Shown: positions 50,221 through 58,218 of the stretch, piece after piece
Layout: each line of letters begins with the position of its first letter
Position numbering within the stretch: position 1 is the first letter of the stretch
DNA from: an uncultured Clostridia bacterium
GTDB lineage: Bacteria; Aerophobota; Aerophobia; Aerophobales; B3-G15
NCBI GenBank assembly: GCA_964482715.1
Contig: CAYZYX010000006.1
Span: 1 to 58,218 of the forward strand
Direction of reading: 5' to 3'
Length of the DNA: 58,218 nt
Notes under the pieces: model-generated
The model's input: only the letters and a program-made list of their open reading frames with translations
Database searches by the model: none
Told to the model about the DNA's origin: nothing
Translations under genes and position numbers: made by a program

Positions 50221-51471
50221 ATGCCTTTGAGAACTGGAAGGGAGTTAAAGAAGGTATTTCAGGAGCTATGTCCATTTGAGCCTGATGGAAAACTCAAACC
50301 AGAGGAAGAGAGAGTAACACTTCTGGCCTCCAATGCCAACATACCCATCGAAATTCAGATGACCGCCTTTGTTCAGGCGGCCGTGGTTGGCGAAGGAAGC
50401 CCTCATATAGTCCAGATAAGCCAGAACTGCTCCATGACCACGGGGCATCATCCAAAGAGAACTGCTTTTCTTGATGGTGTAAAAAGAGCCGATGCTTCCC
50501 GCCCTATTCCTGTAGGAGCAGCACGTGCAAAAAGGGTGTTAGAGGAATTTGTAGAAGATTTCGGTGCTAAACTTGTCTTCGCCTCACTTGACCACTTCAC
50601 AGCACCACCATTTGACCCGGATCTTTACTCAACGCATCAGGGCAGTGGTGGGCTTGATCTTGCTGTGGCTAAAGCAAGAATTGAAGAGGCAATAGAAGTA
50701 ATGAAACCCTTCTACGGGAAAGAGGTCGATATATCAAAAGAGCTTTATCAGACTTATGTCAACTATCTTTGCAGCGACGCTGTGGGAGATTATAAAAAAG
50801 ATTTTCTGGGGGCAGTTGATCTGGCAAAACCTGCCTGGTCAATGATTGATACTGGTGAGCTGCCTCCGGTTCTTAATTTTGCTCTTTCCAGGGAACTTGC
50901 AACCTGCGTGCGGAAAGATCTGGACAATCAGGATACTATGATTGAGGCTGAGATTTCTGCCACAGGCGTAAGTGGAAAGGGTGGAGGATATGAAAAATTA
51001 ACTGGAGAAAGACTTGAAAACTACAAAGATCGAGTAGTAGCATTTGTCAAATTTGTCGGAGCAGAAGGAGTTTCTTACGACATCGGAATGAAGCACGCGG
51101 CAAAGAAAGGTGAGAAACATGAGCCAGATGTTGAAAGATTAGAAGTAGTCCAAAGAGGTCTTTTTATGGAGCTGGGAGAATATATACCTTTTGCGCAGCA
51201 TGGAGGGACAGGAGCTGCAAAAGTTATAAGAGGACTGGTAGGAAAAAATAACATCAATACTCAGTATCTTGTCGATGGTGCCAACTACTTTGCTGATTAC
51301 TACGAAAAGAATAAAGAAGCTATCAGAGCTGGATCTAAGTCAGCCTGTGGGAGAAATATCTACATAAATATGGTTATCCCTCAGGCAGAAAGAGCCGTCA
51401 ACAAGATGAAAGAAGCGGGGAGTTTCGGCCTTGCTCCAAGGCTTTTAAAAGTTTTAAATGAAAAAGCTTAG
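50221..51471 (+). CDS. Divergent class II (Zn) fructose-bisphosphate aldolase-like protein
   Basis: SLDH, IEAE, IGMKH, QHGGTG, KNNINT; strong SD AAGGAGG. Confidence 0.75.
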   Translation: MPLRTGRELKKVFQELCPFEPDGKLKPEEERVTLLASNANIPIEIQMTAFVQAAVVGEGSPHIVQISQNCSMTTGHHPKRTAFLDGVKRADASRPIPVGAARAKRVLEEFVEDFGAKLVFASLDHFTAPPFDPDLYSTHQGSGGLDLAVAKARIEEAIEVMKPFYGKEVDISKELYQTYVNYLCSDAVGDYKKDFLGAVDLAKPAWSMIDTGELPPVLNFALSRELATCVRKDLDNQDTMIEAEISATGVSGKGGGYEKLTGERLENYKDRVVAFVKFVGAEGVSYDIGMKHAAKKGEKHEPDVERLEVVQRGLFMELGEYIPFAQHGGTGAAKVIRGLVGKNNINTQYLVDGANYFADYYEKNKEAIRAGSKSACGRNIYINMVIPQAERAVNKMKEAGSFGLAPRLLKVLNEKA

Positions 51472-51476
51472 TCTAT

Positions 51477-52022
51477 TTATTCGTCTTCAAAAACGATTTT
51501 TTTAAACTCATCAGAAGAGGGGAGGGGACTGAGAGAAAAAAAAGACGTGGTTTTCCTGTTGTTGCTGGAGGATGGAGTCTCCTCCTCGTAAAACTTTAAT
51601 ATCTCCATCTGTGAATCGAGAAGGTTTTTTAATCTGGTGATGAGATTCTTCTTTTGAGAGCAAAGTTTATCTACTTCTTTTTTAATCTGTTCAAATTTTT
51701 TCTTTCCCTCTTCAACAATCCTGTTAGCTTTTATCTCGGCTTGTTTTATAATAAAATCAGCTTTTTCCTGACCTTCCTCCACAATCTTATTAGCATTCTC
51801 TCGAGCTATACTGATTAAGTTATCGATATCTTTATCTTTTAACTGATACACTTTCAATTTTTCTTGCAGGATTTTAACTTTTTCTGTCAATTTTTGATTT
51901 TCTATCCAGAGCTTTTTATATGAGCTTGTTACAGTTTCCAGGAAGTCTCTAACCTCCTTTCGATTATATCCTTTTAAAGCAAGAGAAAACTCTTTTTTGT
52001 TTATAGATGAAGGCTCAATCAT
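51477..52022 (-). CDS. divIVA: DivIVA domain protein
   Basis: I.KKEF...LKGY...EV..FL N-terminus plus coiled coil. Confidence 0.88.
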   Translation of the reverse strand: MIEPSSINKKEFSLALKGYNRKEVRDFLETVTSSYKKLWIENQKLTEKVKILQEKLKVYQLKDKDIDNLISIARENANKIVEEGQEKADFIIKQAEIKANRIVEEGKKKFEQIKKEVDKLCSQKKNLITRLKNLLDSQMEILKFYEEETPSSSNNRKTTSFFSLSPLPSSDEFKKIVFEDE

Positions 52023-52029
52023 TTTCGAT

Positions 52030-52848
52030 TTAAATTTTTGATTCTATTTCTATGCTTATTTCTCGAGCACGCCAGGCAGCTCTCACAACTGCCTCAGCCA
52101 GAGTATCAACAAAATTGTTTTGCTCCAGAACCTTCAATCCTTCAACCGTAGTTCCACCAGGGGTGGCAACTGAGGATATAAGCTTTCTAAGATCTTTATT
52201 ACTACAAAGTGCTAATTTACTTGCCCCTATAAAAGTCTTTAAAGCAAGCCTTCTGGCAAGCTCCTCCGACAAACCAGCTTTCTCACCCCCTTTAATCAAT
52301 CCCAAAATGGCAAGATAAACAAATGCTGGACCGCTTCCACTCAATCCGGTAACTGCATCAAAGTTTTCCTCTGGTATCTCTATTAGCTCTCCCAAAACAC
52401 TCAATATTTCAGTTACATCCTCCAGGTTATTCTGAGTTACCTGTTTTCCTTTGCAAAAGGCACATACACCTTCGCCTATGACTACTGCAGTGTTGGGCAT
52501 AACTCTAATTATGGGGATCGGTATCTTTATAATCCTGGATATGTAAGATATACTAACTCCAGCCACTATAGATACAATAACTTTCGATGAGGTTAGATTA
52601 TCTTTCATACCTTCCAGAACAGCTTTTAAATCATGAGGTTCAACAGCAATGATTATTAAGTCAGCCAGCTTAGCAAGCTCCTGGATTGAGCAGATTTTTG
52701 TTCCCTCTTTTTGAAAGGGAATAAGTTTTTCCTTTACCTTCTCACATAAAATAAGATTTTGAGGTAAAACTACCTTTTGCTCAATAAATCTTTTGGCTAT
52801 TCCACCACCCATTTTTCCAATGCCAACAATTCCTACTTTTTTATTCAT
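52030..52848 (-). CDS. proC: Pyrroline-5-carboxylate reductase
   Basis: GIGKMG, RVMPNT, SGSGPA, TPGGTT. Confidence 0.96.
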   Translation of the reverse strand: MNKKVGIVGIGKMGGGIAKRFIEQKVVLPQNLILCEKVKEKLIPFQKEGTKICSIQELAKLADLIIIAVEPHDLKAVLEGMKDNLTSSKVIVSIVAGVSISYISRIIKIPIPIIRVMPNTAVVIGEGVCAFCKGKQVTQNNLEDVTEILSVLGELIEIPEENFDAVTGLSGSGPAFVYLAILGLIKGGEKAGLSEELARRLALKTFIGASKLALCSNKDLRKLISSVATPGGTTVEGLKVLEQNNFVDTLAEAVVRAAWRAREISIEIESKI

Positions 52849-53537
52849 TTGCCTGGTCTCTCTCCAAAAATTGCTCTTCCTATCCGAACCATGTTGGAAC
52901 CTTCTTCAATAGCGATGGTAAAATCATCAGTCATTCCCATGGAAAGATAGGTAAACTCCACACTCTGGATATTTTTTTTCTTTATAGTATCAAAAATCTC
53001 CTTCATTTTTGCAAAAAAGGGGCGGACTTTTTCTGCTTCTACCCAGGGAGCAACGGCCATTAATCCCCTGATCCTTACCCCTTGAAGAGTGGAATTTTTT
53101 TCTACAAATTCTTCTACCTCATGAGGCGGCAGACCATATTTACTTTTTTCTTCTCCAATATTTACTTCTATCAGAATATCCATAATTTTACCTGTTTGCA
53201 TGGCTCTTTTATTTATTTCGTCAATTAAATTCTGGCTATCTACCGATTGAATCAGGTGAAAATTCTCCATTACCTGTTTTACCTTATTGGTCTGGAGATG
53301 TCCAATAAAATGCCACTCAACAGGTTTATCTCTTAAGAGGGGGATCTTTTTTCGTGCCTCCTGCCACCTGTTTTCTCCTATTATTCTTATTCCTGCATCT
53401 ATGACTTCGCGAATTTCCTGAGGTGTCCTTCCTTTCGTTACTGCAACAATAAAGATATCCTCTGGATTGCGACCAGCTTTTAAAGCAGCCTCAGCTATTT
53501 TTTCTTTAACTTTTCTTAAATTATCGCTGATGCTCAT
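52845..53537 (-). CDS. yggS: PLP homeostasis protein YggS
   Basis: AVTK, GENR.QE, WHFIGHLQTNK, LSMGMT.D, VRIGRAIFG. Confidence 0.96.
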   Translation of the reverse strand: MSISDNLRKVKEKIAEAALKAGRNPEDIFIVAVTKGRTPQEIREVIDAGIRIIGENRWQEARKKIPLLRDKPVEWHFIGHLQTNKVKQVMENFHLIQSVDSQNLIDEINKRAMQTGKIMDILIEVNIGEEKSKYGLPPHEVEEFVEKNSTLQGVRIRGLMAVAPWVEAEKVRPFFAKMKEIFDTIKKKNIQSVEFTYLSMGMTDDFTIAIEEGSNMVRIGRAIFGERPGK

Positions 53538-53576
53538 TTTAAACTGAAAATCCCCAGGATGAAATACACTTAGTTT

Positions 53577-53605
53577 ACTATAGGTTAAAAAATATATTCT
53601 GTCAA
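53577..53605 (-). promoter_or_regulatory. sigma70 promoter of yggS-proC-divIVA
   Basis: TTGACA-17-TATAGT. Confidence 0.8.
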
Positions 53606-53994
53606 TTGTACCTGACTGAAGTTGGGCCAGTTTTACTTATAAGAAAAAAAGAAAAATCTGCAACACTAAAATGATAAGTGAGATAAGACCTCCTGTCAAT
53701 ATCAAAATTTAAGGTAAAAATTCAAAATTAATATATAAATTAAATTTTTATCAAAATCTTAAATCTTGTTTTAATTTTTAAGCGGTAATAGCCAGTAGTG
53801 GACTATCTAACAACAAAATCTAATACACTTCATAAATTTTTTCGGATCAATTTTAGAAATAGGGCACGAGAGTTAGATACTATAGCATAAATATAAAATA
53901 TATTTTAAAGCCTATTAAAAGACTAATAAACTTATCTAACTTTAAAAGAAAGTTTAAAATTTTTAAAACTTTGCCTCCATTTTTAAAAAATTTA

Positions 53995-54022
53995 TGTTCC
54001 GATAATAAATATTATGTTAACC
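53995..54022 (+). other. XerCD dif-like recombination site
   Basis: TGTTCCGATAA-TAAATA-TTATGTTAACC: 11-6-11 layout, XerD arm 9/11 to TTATGTTAAAT, in AT-rich intergenic DNA. Confidence 0.82.
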
Positions 54023-54385
54023 AAATAATTAAAAAGAAATTTTTGGGTTTTTTAATTTATTTAATAACAAGGGCATTGGAGATTTTTTTTAAAGTGAAAA
54101 CTGTAATTTTTCTAATAGCATAAGGCCTCTAAATTTAATTTAATTTCTCTTTGAGCAAAATAATTGCTTTCAGTTTACGATCATCTTTCGGGATGTTTGG
54201 ACAAGAAAGTATGAAGAAGTATTATTCTTTAATCGCTAAATAACTCATTATGAAGGAAAAAATACATTGATATAAGTTCATACTTTCTACGTTAAATTTT
54301 AACAAAAAGTTCATACTCCTGTGGAAAAAAATCTTCATACCTCCTTTCTTTGGCTTCAGATGGACTTTTTAAGCGAGAATTAATG

Positions 54386-54529
54386 TTACTTATTTTTCTG
54401 TTGAAATCGGTAGTCCCAGAGTATTTTTTCTACGAAAGAGGAGAAGCTCCTGAAACCTCTTCTTTTATATTCTTTTTCAATCCAGTAATGCAGATCTTCA
54501 TCGATACTGATAGTTCTTTTTCGTTTCAT
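54386..54529 (-). CDS. 47-aa ribbon-helix-helix-like DNA-binding protein (not in ORF track)
   Basis: SD GAGGTG; MKRKRTISIDEDLHYWIEKEYKRRGFRSFSSFVEKILWDYRFQQKNK. Confidence 0.72.
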   Translation of the reverse strand: MKRKRTISIDEDLHYWIEKEYKRRGFRSFSSFVEKILWDYRFQQKNK

Positions 54530-54598
54530 AAAGCACCTCATCATTTATCTTCGGAGTTTAATCTGAAAGCGTCAAAATATTTTGGATGAAATTAATTT

Positions 54599-54922
54599 TT
54601 ACCCACACAGATTTTTAAAGTGATTTATTAATTTTTCCGGATCACCCTGAATTTTGATTCGTTTAACCCGGGTATTTTCTCCCTGTTCAATTATTACCCG
54701 GGATGGTTTCACTTTTAACCAGGAAGCAATTACTTCGATAAATTCCTTATTTGCCTTTCCTCTGGTAGGTGGGGATGAAACCTTAATTTTTAAATAGTCA
54801 CTTTGAATTCCAACAACCTCACTGCGTGAAGATTTTGGTTGAATCTTAACCTTGAATCTGATTCCATCCCCTACTCTCTCCACTTTGAACGAAGAACTCT
54901 GAAAAAATACCCATTTATCCAT
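54599..54922 (-). CDS. DUF167/YggU family protein
   Basis: VKIQPKSS, KV.SPP..GKANKE, GE..R.K. Confidence 0.9.
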   Translation of the reverse strand: MDKWVFFQSSSFKVERVGDGIRFKVKIQPKSSRSEVVGIQSDYLKIKVSSPPTRGKANKEFIEVIASWLKVKPSRVIIEQGENTRVKRIKIQGDPEKLINHFKNLCG

Positions 54923-55384
54923 TTTGTCATCTGGTTATATAAAAAATTAATTTCTAAGTNNNNNNNNNNNNNNNNNNNNNNNNNNNNNNNNNNNNNNNNN
55001 NNNNNNNNNNNNNNNNNNNNNNNNNNNNNNNNNNNNNNNNNNNNNNNNNNNNNNNNNNNATTTCTAAGTCCACCTACTACAAAACAGGTAAGGTCTGAAT
55101 CTTATATTTTAAAAAAACCCATAGAGACCATTTTAAGACCAATTTTACATCTGGTTAATAGTTTTTATCGTCTTAAAAAGAAAAATGCGAAAATAGCCCA
55201 TAATTTGGCCGTTTTTATGAAGTATAAGTTTACCTTCTACGAAAGGGACACAGATAGAAGGTTCATCTCTCCTCTTGATAGTAAAAAACTCAAATTTGTC
55301 AATGATAATCAAAATAGTATAAAGTGCCCCTTTTTAGAAGTATTTACTTGACAATTAGTATTTTTCGGACATAGTAAAAATAAG

Positions 55385-55864
55385 ATGAAAAAGGCAGGGA
55401 AAATCAAAAAGAGATTAATTGCTTTAGCGACCGTTTTAATTGCCTTAAACTTGATATTTGTCAGTGAAATTTCAGCCAGCAGTGTGGATAAAAAACTGGG
55501 TGTTGGAATGGCAATTCCTGCTTCAATTACTATCAAGCTCTGGACAAACGTTATCAACAGTGTGGATATAAAAATCGGATGGAATTTGGATAACGATAAA
55601 TCGAGAATTTGCTTTGACTATCTATGGCACAATTTTGACTTTTTTTCCGAGACAGAAAATTTAAATTTTTACTATGGACTGGGAGGTAAGTTCTGTTCTG
55701 GTGAGAAAAAGGATAGATTAGGTTTACGGATTACCTTTGGTATTAACTACATATTTAGAGAAGCTCCCTTCGATTTTTTTATGGAGATCTCCCCTACCCT
55801 TCAACTTTCACCCTCAACCAAATTAGAAATTGACCCAGCGATTGGATTAAGGTACTTTTTTTAA
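55385..55864 (+). CDS. Small outer-membrane beta-barrel protein (DUF3996-like)
   Basis: Signal peptide, G.G...P..ITIK.W, YYGLGG, AIGLRYFF terminus. Confidence 0.75.
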   Translation: MKKAGKIKKRLIALATVLIALNLIFVSEISASSVDKKLGVGMAIPASITIKLWTNVINSVDIKIGWNLDNDKSRICFDYLWHNFDFFSETENLNFYYGLGGKFCSGEKKDRLGLRITFGINYIFREAPFDFFMEISPTLQLSPSTKLEIDPAIGLRYFF

Positions 55865-55865
55865 T

Positions 55866-56438
55866 CTAAGAAACAAAAGGGTTACCTTTTATAAAAAAAC
55901 GAAGCTTTTTATCCAGTCCTCTTTTTATACCCCGTCTTGAGGAACAGCCTATTTCATATGTCTTTTTTTCTCCCCGGCTTATGTAAAGTTTTTCTCCTCT
56001 GGTAAGATCATGCCCATTGAAGCTTCTATCAATGTCAAAAGCCTGAGTAACACGACCAGGCCCGGTTGTAAGCTCTCTAAGTGCCTTTTTCTTTCTATTC
56101 TTCTTCATTATTTCTATTCCCTGTAGGGGCTCGACTGCCCTTATTAAAACTGCTCCAGCCACTCCTTCTTTTTCTGTTACTACATTAAGCAGAAAGTGCA
56201 TCCCGTAAGTAAAATAAACGTAACAGATGCCAGGCTGTCCCCACATAATTGCCGATCTTCTGGTTTTTCCCCGGAAACTATGGGAAGCAGGATCTCCTTG
56301 GCCATAGTAAGCTTCTGTTTCCACTATCTTACCTACCAGATTTCCCTCTGGAGTTTGCCGAACCAGTAGCTTACCCAAAAGCTGTTTAGCCACCTGCGCC
56401 GTGTCTCGAGCATAAAAAGTTGAAGGTAGAGGCTCCAT
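55866..56438 (-). CDS. mpg: 3-methyladenine DNA glycosylase (MPG/AAG family)
   Basis: IVETEAY, DPASH, YVYFTYGMH, AVLIRA, GPGR; start set to ATG 56438. Confidence 0.94.
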   Translation of the reverse strand: MEPLPSTFYARDTAQVAKQLLGKLLVRQTPEGNLVGKIVETEAYYGQGDPASHSFRGKTRRSAIMWGQPGICYVYFTYGMHFLLNVVTEKEGVAGAVLIRAVEPLQGIEIMKKNRKKKALRELTTGPGRVTQAFDIDRSFNGHDLTRGEKLYISRGEKKTYEIGCSSRRGIKRGLDKKLRFFIKGNPFVS

Positions 56439-56476
56439 TTTAAGACTAAATAAATCCTGAGATTGACAGTTTAGCC

Positions 56477-57310
56477 TTAGAGGATGTAGGGGCATCTCTG
56501 ATAAAAACAGGGTAAAAAGATTTTGAAAAATTTTTCTTTAAGCCCTTCACTGGTAGAGAATATAAGCTTAGTAGCTCTGGAGAGAAGTCCAAATTCCTCA
56601 AGAGCATCTTCTATTTTAATCTTATACCGTCCGTTTTTTCTGTTACGCAGGTCAATTTGGTCACACAGGTAAACGTATATATCTCCCACAGTAGCATTTC
56701 TCAAATATTGACGGAGATTCACTTTTCTTATCTCCTCAATTACTGGAAAATAAACCGATTGGAACCAGTCTCTTGCTGCTTCCTGAAAAGAAATGTTTCT
56801 TTTTTCTTTCTCTTCCAGATACTGGTGATGCTGTTTTATCTGTTCCAGCAATTTGTCGTAAGAATATCGATGAGAAAGTTCAATCCCCTGAAGGCTGGTT
56901 TTGTGCTCAAATTCAATCTTCTTTCTAAGTAAAAGATGTTTATCATTATTTGCCGGCGGTAGATACTCAATTACATGAGCATCTATAAATTTCTGACCCA
57001 TCTCTTTTGCCGCTGCAATGCGATGATGTCCATCTACAACGTAATACTCATCCTTCATTTTATATAACTCCACGAGTGGTAGAGGCTTTTGTTTCTGTAA
57101 GGCGTCCTTTATAGACTGTAATCTTGGTAAGTTGTGTTTAGCCTTAAGGGAAAACTTGGCGTCAAAATCAAGGCATCTCCCCACGCTACCCACAATTTTA
57201 TCTATTTCCACTACTTGAATTCCACGGTCAACCCGGGCATTAAAACCTCTTTTTTTTGACTCATACTCAAAACATTTAAGAGGTTTTTCGGCTAATTTAA
57301 TTAAAGCCAT
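56477..57310 (-). CDS. ParB/Srx-like N-domain plus DUF4032-like domain protein
   Basis: IVGSVGR..DFD, YYVVDGHHR, I..H..YL...A..WF..VY.P. Confidence 0.8.
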   Translation of the reverse strand: MALIKLAEKPLKCFEYESKKRGFNARVDRGIQVVEIDKIVGSVGRCLDFDAKFSLKAKHNLPRLQSIKDALQKQKPLPLVELYKMKDEYYVVDGHHRIAAAKEMGQKFIDAHVIEYLPPANNDKHLLLRKKIEFEHKTSLQGIELSHRYSYDKLLEQIKQHHQYLEEKEKRNISFQEAARDWFQSVYFPVIEEIRKVNLRQYLRNATVGDIYVYLCDQIDLRNRKNGRYKIKIEDALEEFGLLSRATKLIFSTSEGLKEKFFKIFLPCFYQRCPYIL

Positions 57311-57313
57311 TGC

Positions 57314-57964
57314 TTAATATTTTTCCTCCTTCTTGTTTTTTAATTTTAATTTACTTTTTATAGACTCTAAGGGTTCTATCTCCAGAACATAATAGCCATC
57401 AACATTTATCACCTTGGTTTCCTGAACCTCACTTATTTTTTCCTTACTATAACCATAATTTGCATGAGTGTGACCATGGACAAAATAGCGAGGTTTGTAT
57501 TTTTCAATTAATTTAAGAAAACAGGAAAATCCCCTGTGACAAAGGTCCTTTCCATCGTGAATACCTTTAGGAGGTGCATGAGTTAGAACAATATCTATAC
57601 CTCCTTTTCTCCAGATCTGGAGTTTAACCCGATGTATCTTCCAGTTCATCTGTTGCTCAGTATATTCAACCCCTCTTCCTCCATACCACATGGATCCCTC
57701 AAGACCAAGTATTCTTATACCTTCATATTCAACCACCTTTCCATCAATATCCACACATCCCAGAGGAGGGGTCTTCTCATAAATAATATCATGATTACCC
57801 CTGACGTAAAAACATCTTTTGTTTAACATGCTAACCAAAAATGATAGAAATTTGGGTCTTAAATCACCCGCTGAGAGAATAAGGTCTATATCGGAAAATC
57901 TTTCTTTGTCAAAATAATCATAAAGAAGAGGGTGCTCTCTATCGGCTACAATCAGGACTTTAAT
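57314..57964 (-). CDS. Calcineurin-like metallophosphoesterase (Icc-like); probable ATT start at 57964
   Basis: Frame extends to (M)KVLIVAD...SAGDL...VRGNHD...THAPP...HGHTH; SD AAGGAG 7 nt before ATT. Confidence 0.88.
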   Translation of the reverse strand: MKVLIVADREHPLLYDYFDKERFSDIDLILSAGDLRPKFLSFLVSMLNKRCFYVRGNHDIIYEKTPPLGCVDIDGKVVEYEGIRILGLEGSMWYGGRGVEYTEQQMNWKIHRVKLQIWRKGGIDIVLTHAPPKGIHDGKDLCHRGFSCFLKLIEKYKPRYFVHGHTHANYGYSKEKISEVQETKVINVDGYYVLEIEPLESIKSKLKLKNKKEEKY

Positions 57965-57993
57965 TTTTTCACTCCTTAAAAGAATCCCCGTTA

Positions 57994-58021
57994 ACTATAA
58001 TAAAAAAGACTTGACCGTCAA
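57994..58021 (-). promoter_or_regulatory. sigma70 promoter of the phosphoesterase operon
   Basis: TTGACG-16-TATAGT. Confidence 0.7.
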
Positions 58022-58218
58022 GGGTGGGTCGTCTCAAAAATGTCCTGACTTCAGTGGATCATAGGGGTCAAATAAAATTTTGGCATCTTTTCTGCCTCCA
58101 CAACCACAGTGTGCTGGTCAGTAAAGCTTATCTCTATCCCAAATCTTTAGCCATTGATTATGATCAATATTTCAACAGGGTTCCTGTTTCCAGTAATTAC
58201 TTTTGCCTCATCCAGATT

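Noticed and set aside
54224-54339. Minus-strand 38-codon ORF (MKIFFHRS...) after AAAGGAGGT
   Set aside because: The SD abuts the ATG with no spacer, and the ATGs are by-products of the TTCATAC repeats
53540-54350. AT-rich region as oriC
   Set aside because: No TTATCCACA-type boxes or adjacent dnaA seen; it contains a dif-like site instead
54950-55069. Direct repeat ATTTCTAAGT on both sides of the N gap, and ORF 54839-55351
   Set aside because: Most likely contig-end overlap, an assembly artefact; the ORF spans Ns
58051-58218. Minus-strand reading frame at the right edge
   Set aside because: Interrupted by a stop and unidentifiable within the window
1-58218. CRISPR arrays, rRNA, transposases, prophage
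   Set aside because: No regularly spaced repeats or such genes seen

Overview
A 58 kb, AT-rich bacterial chromosome segment with two 100-N scaffold gaps (34217-34316, 54960-55059). It probably comes from an uncultured diderm anaerobe; an Aerophobota-like origin is my impression only and was not tested. Housekeeping content: four tRNAs; ruvX-mltG-hisS-aspS-priA-alaS; serS; nlpD-like and pcm; dciA-recF-dnaN without dnaA; pyrR-pyrB-pyrC-half carB; ndk-like; rimO; cysQ and sat/cysC; queF-yhhQ; divIVA-proC-yggS; yggU; mpg. Accessory content: a sugar/polyol ABC operon with xylB, a MNT-HEPN toxin-antitoxin pair, and a secreted HEXXH protein probably anchored by a beta-barrel. Most notable observations: (1) A complete HupUV/HupT/HupR-type (group 2b) H2-sensing cascade whose adjacent sigma54 promoter, with two palindromic enhancer sites, precedes a stand-alone receiver, an orphan Mrp/NuoL-type ion-translocating subunit and a small membrane protein instead of an uptake hydrogenase. 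(2) A dispersed 20-bp motif (CTGAAGTTGGGACACTTTTT-like) lying 10-14 bp upstream of six sigma70 -35 boxes. (3) A XerCD dif-like site next to an unannotated 47-aa ribbon-helix-helix gene and a repeat cluster. (4) A PriA with degenerate helicase motifs. (5) A pyrL-like leader ORF running through the pyr attenuator. (6) Two genes that appear to need ATT/ATA start codons. All calls come from reading motifs by eye; no database searches were run.
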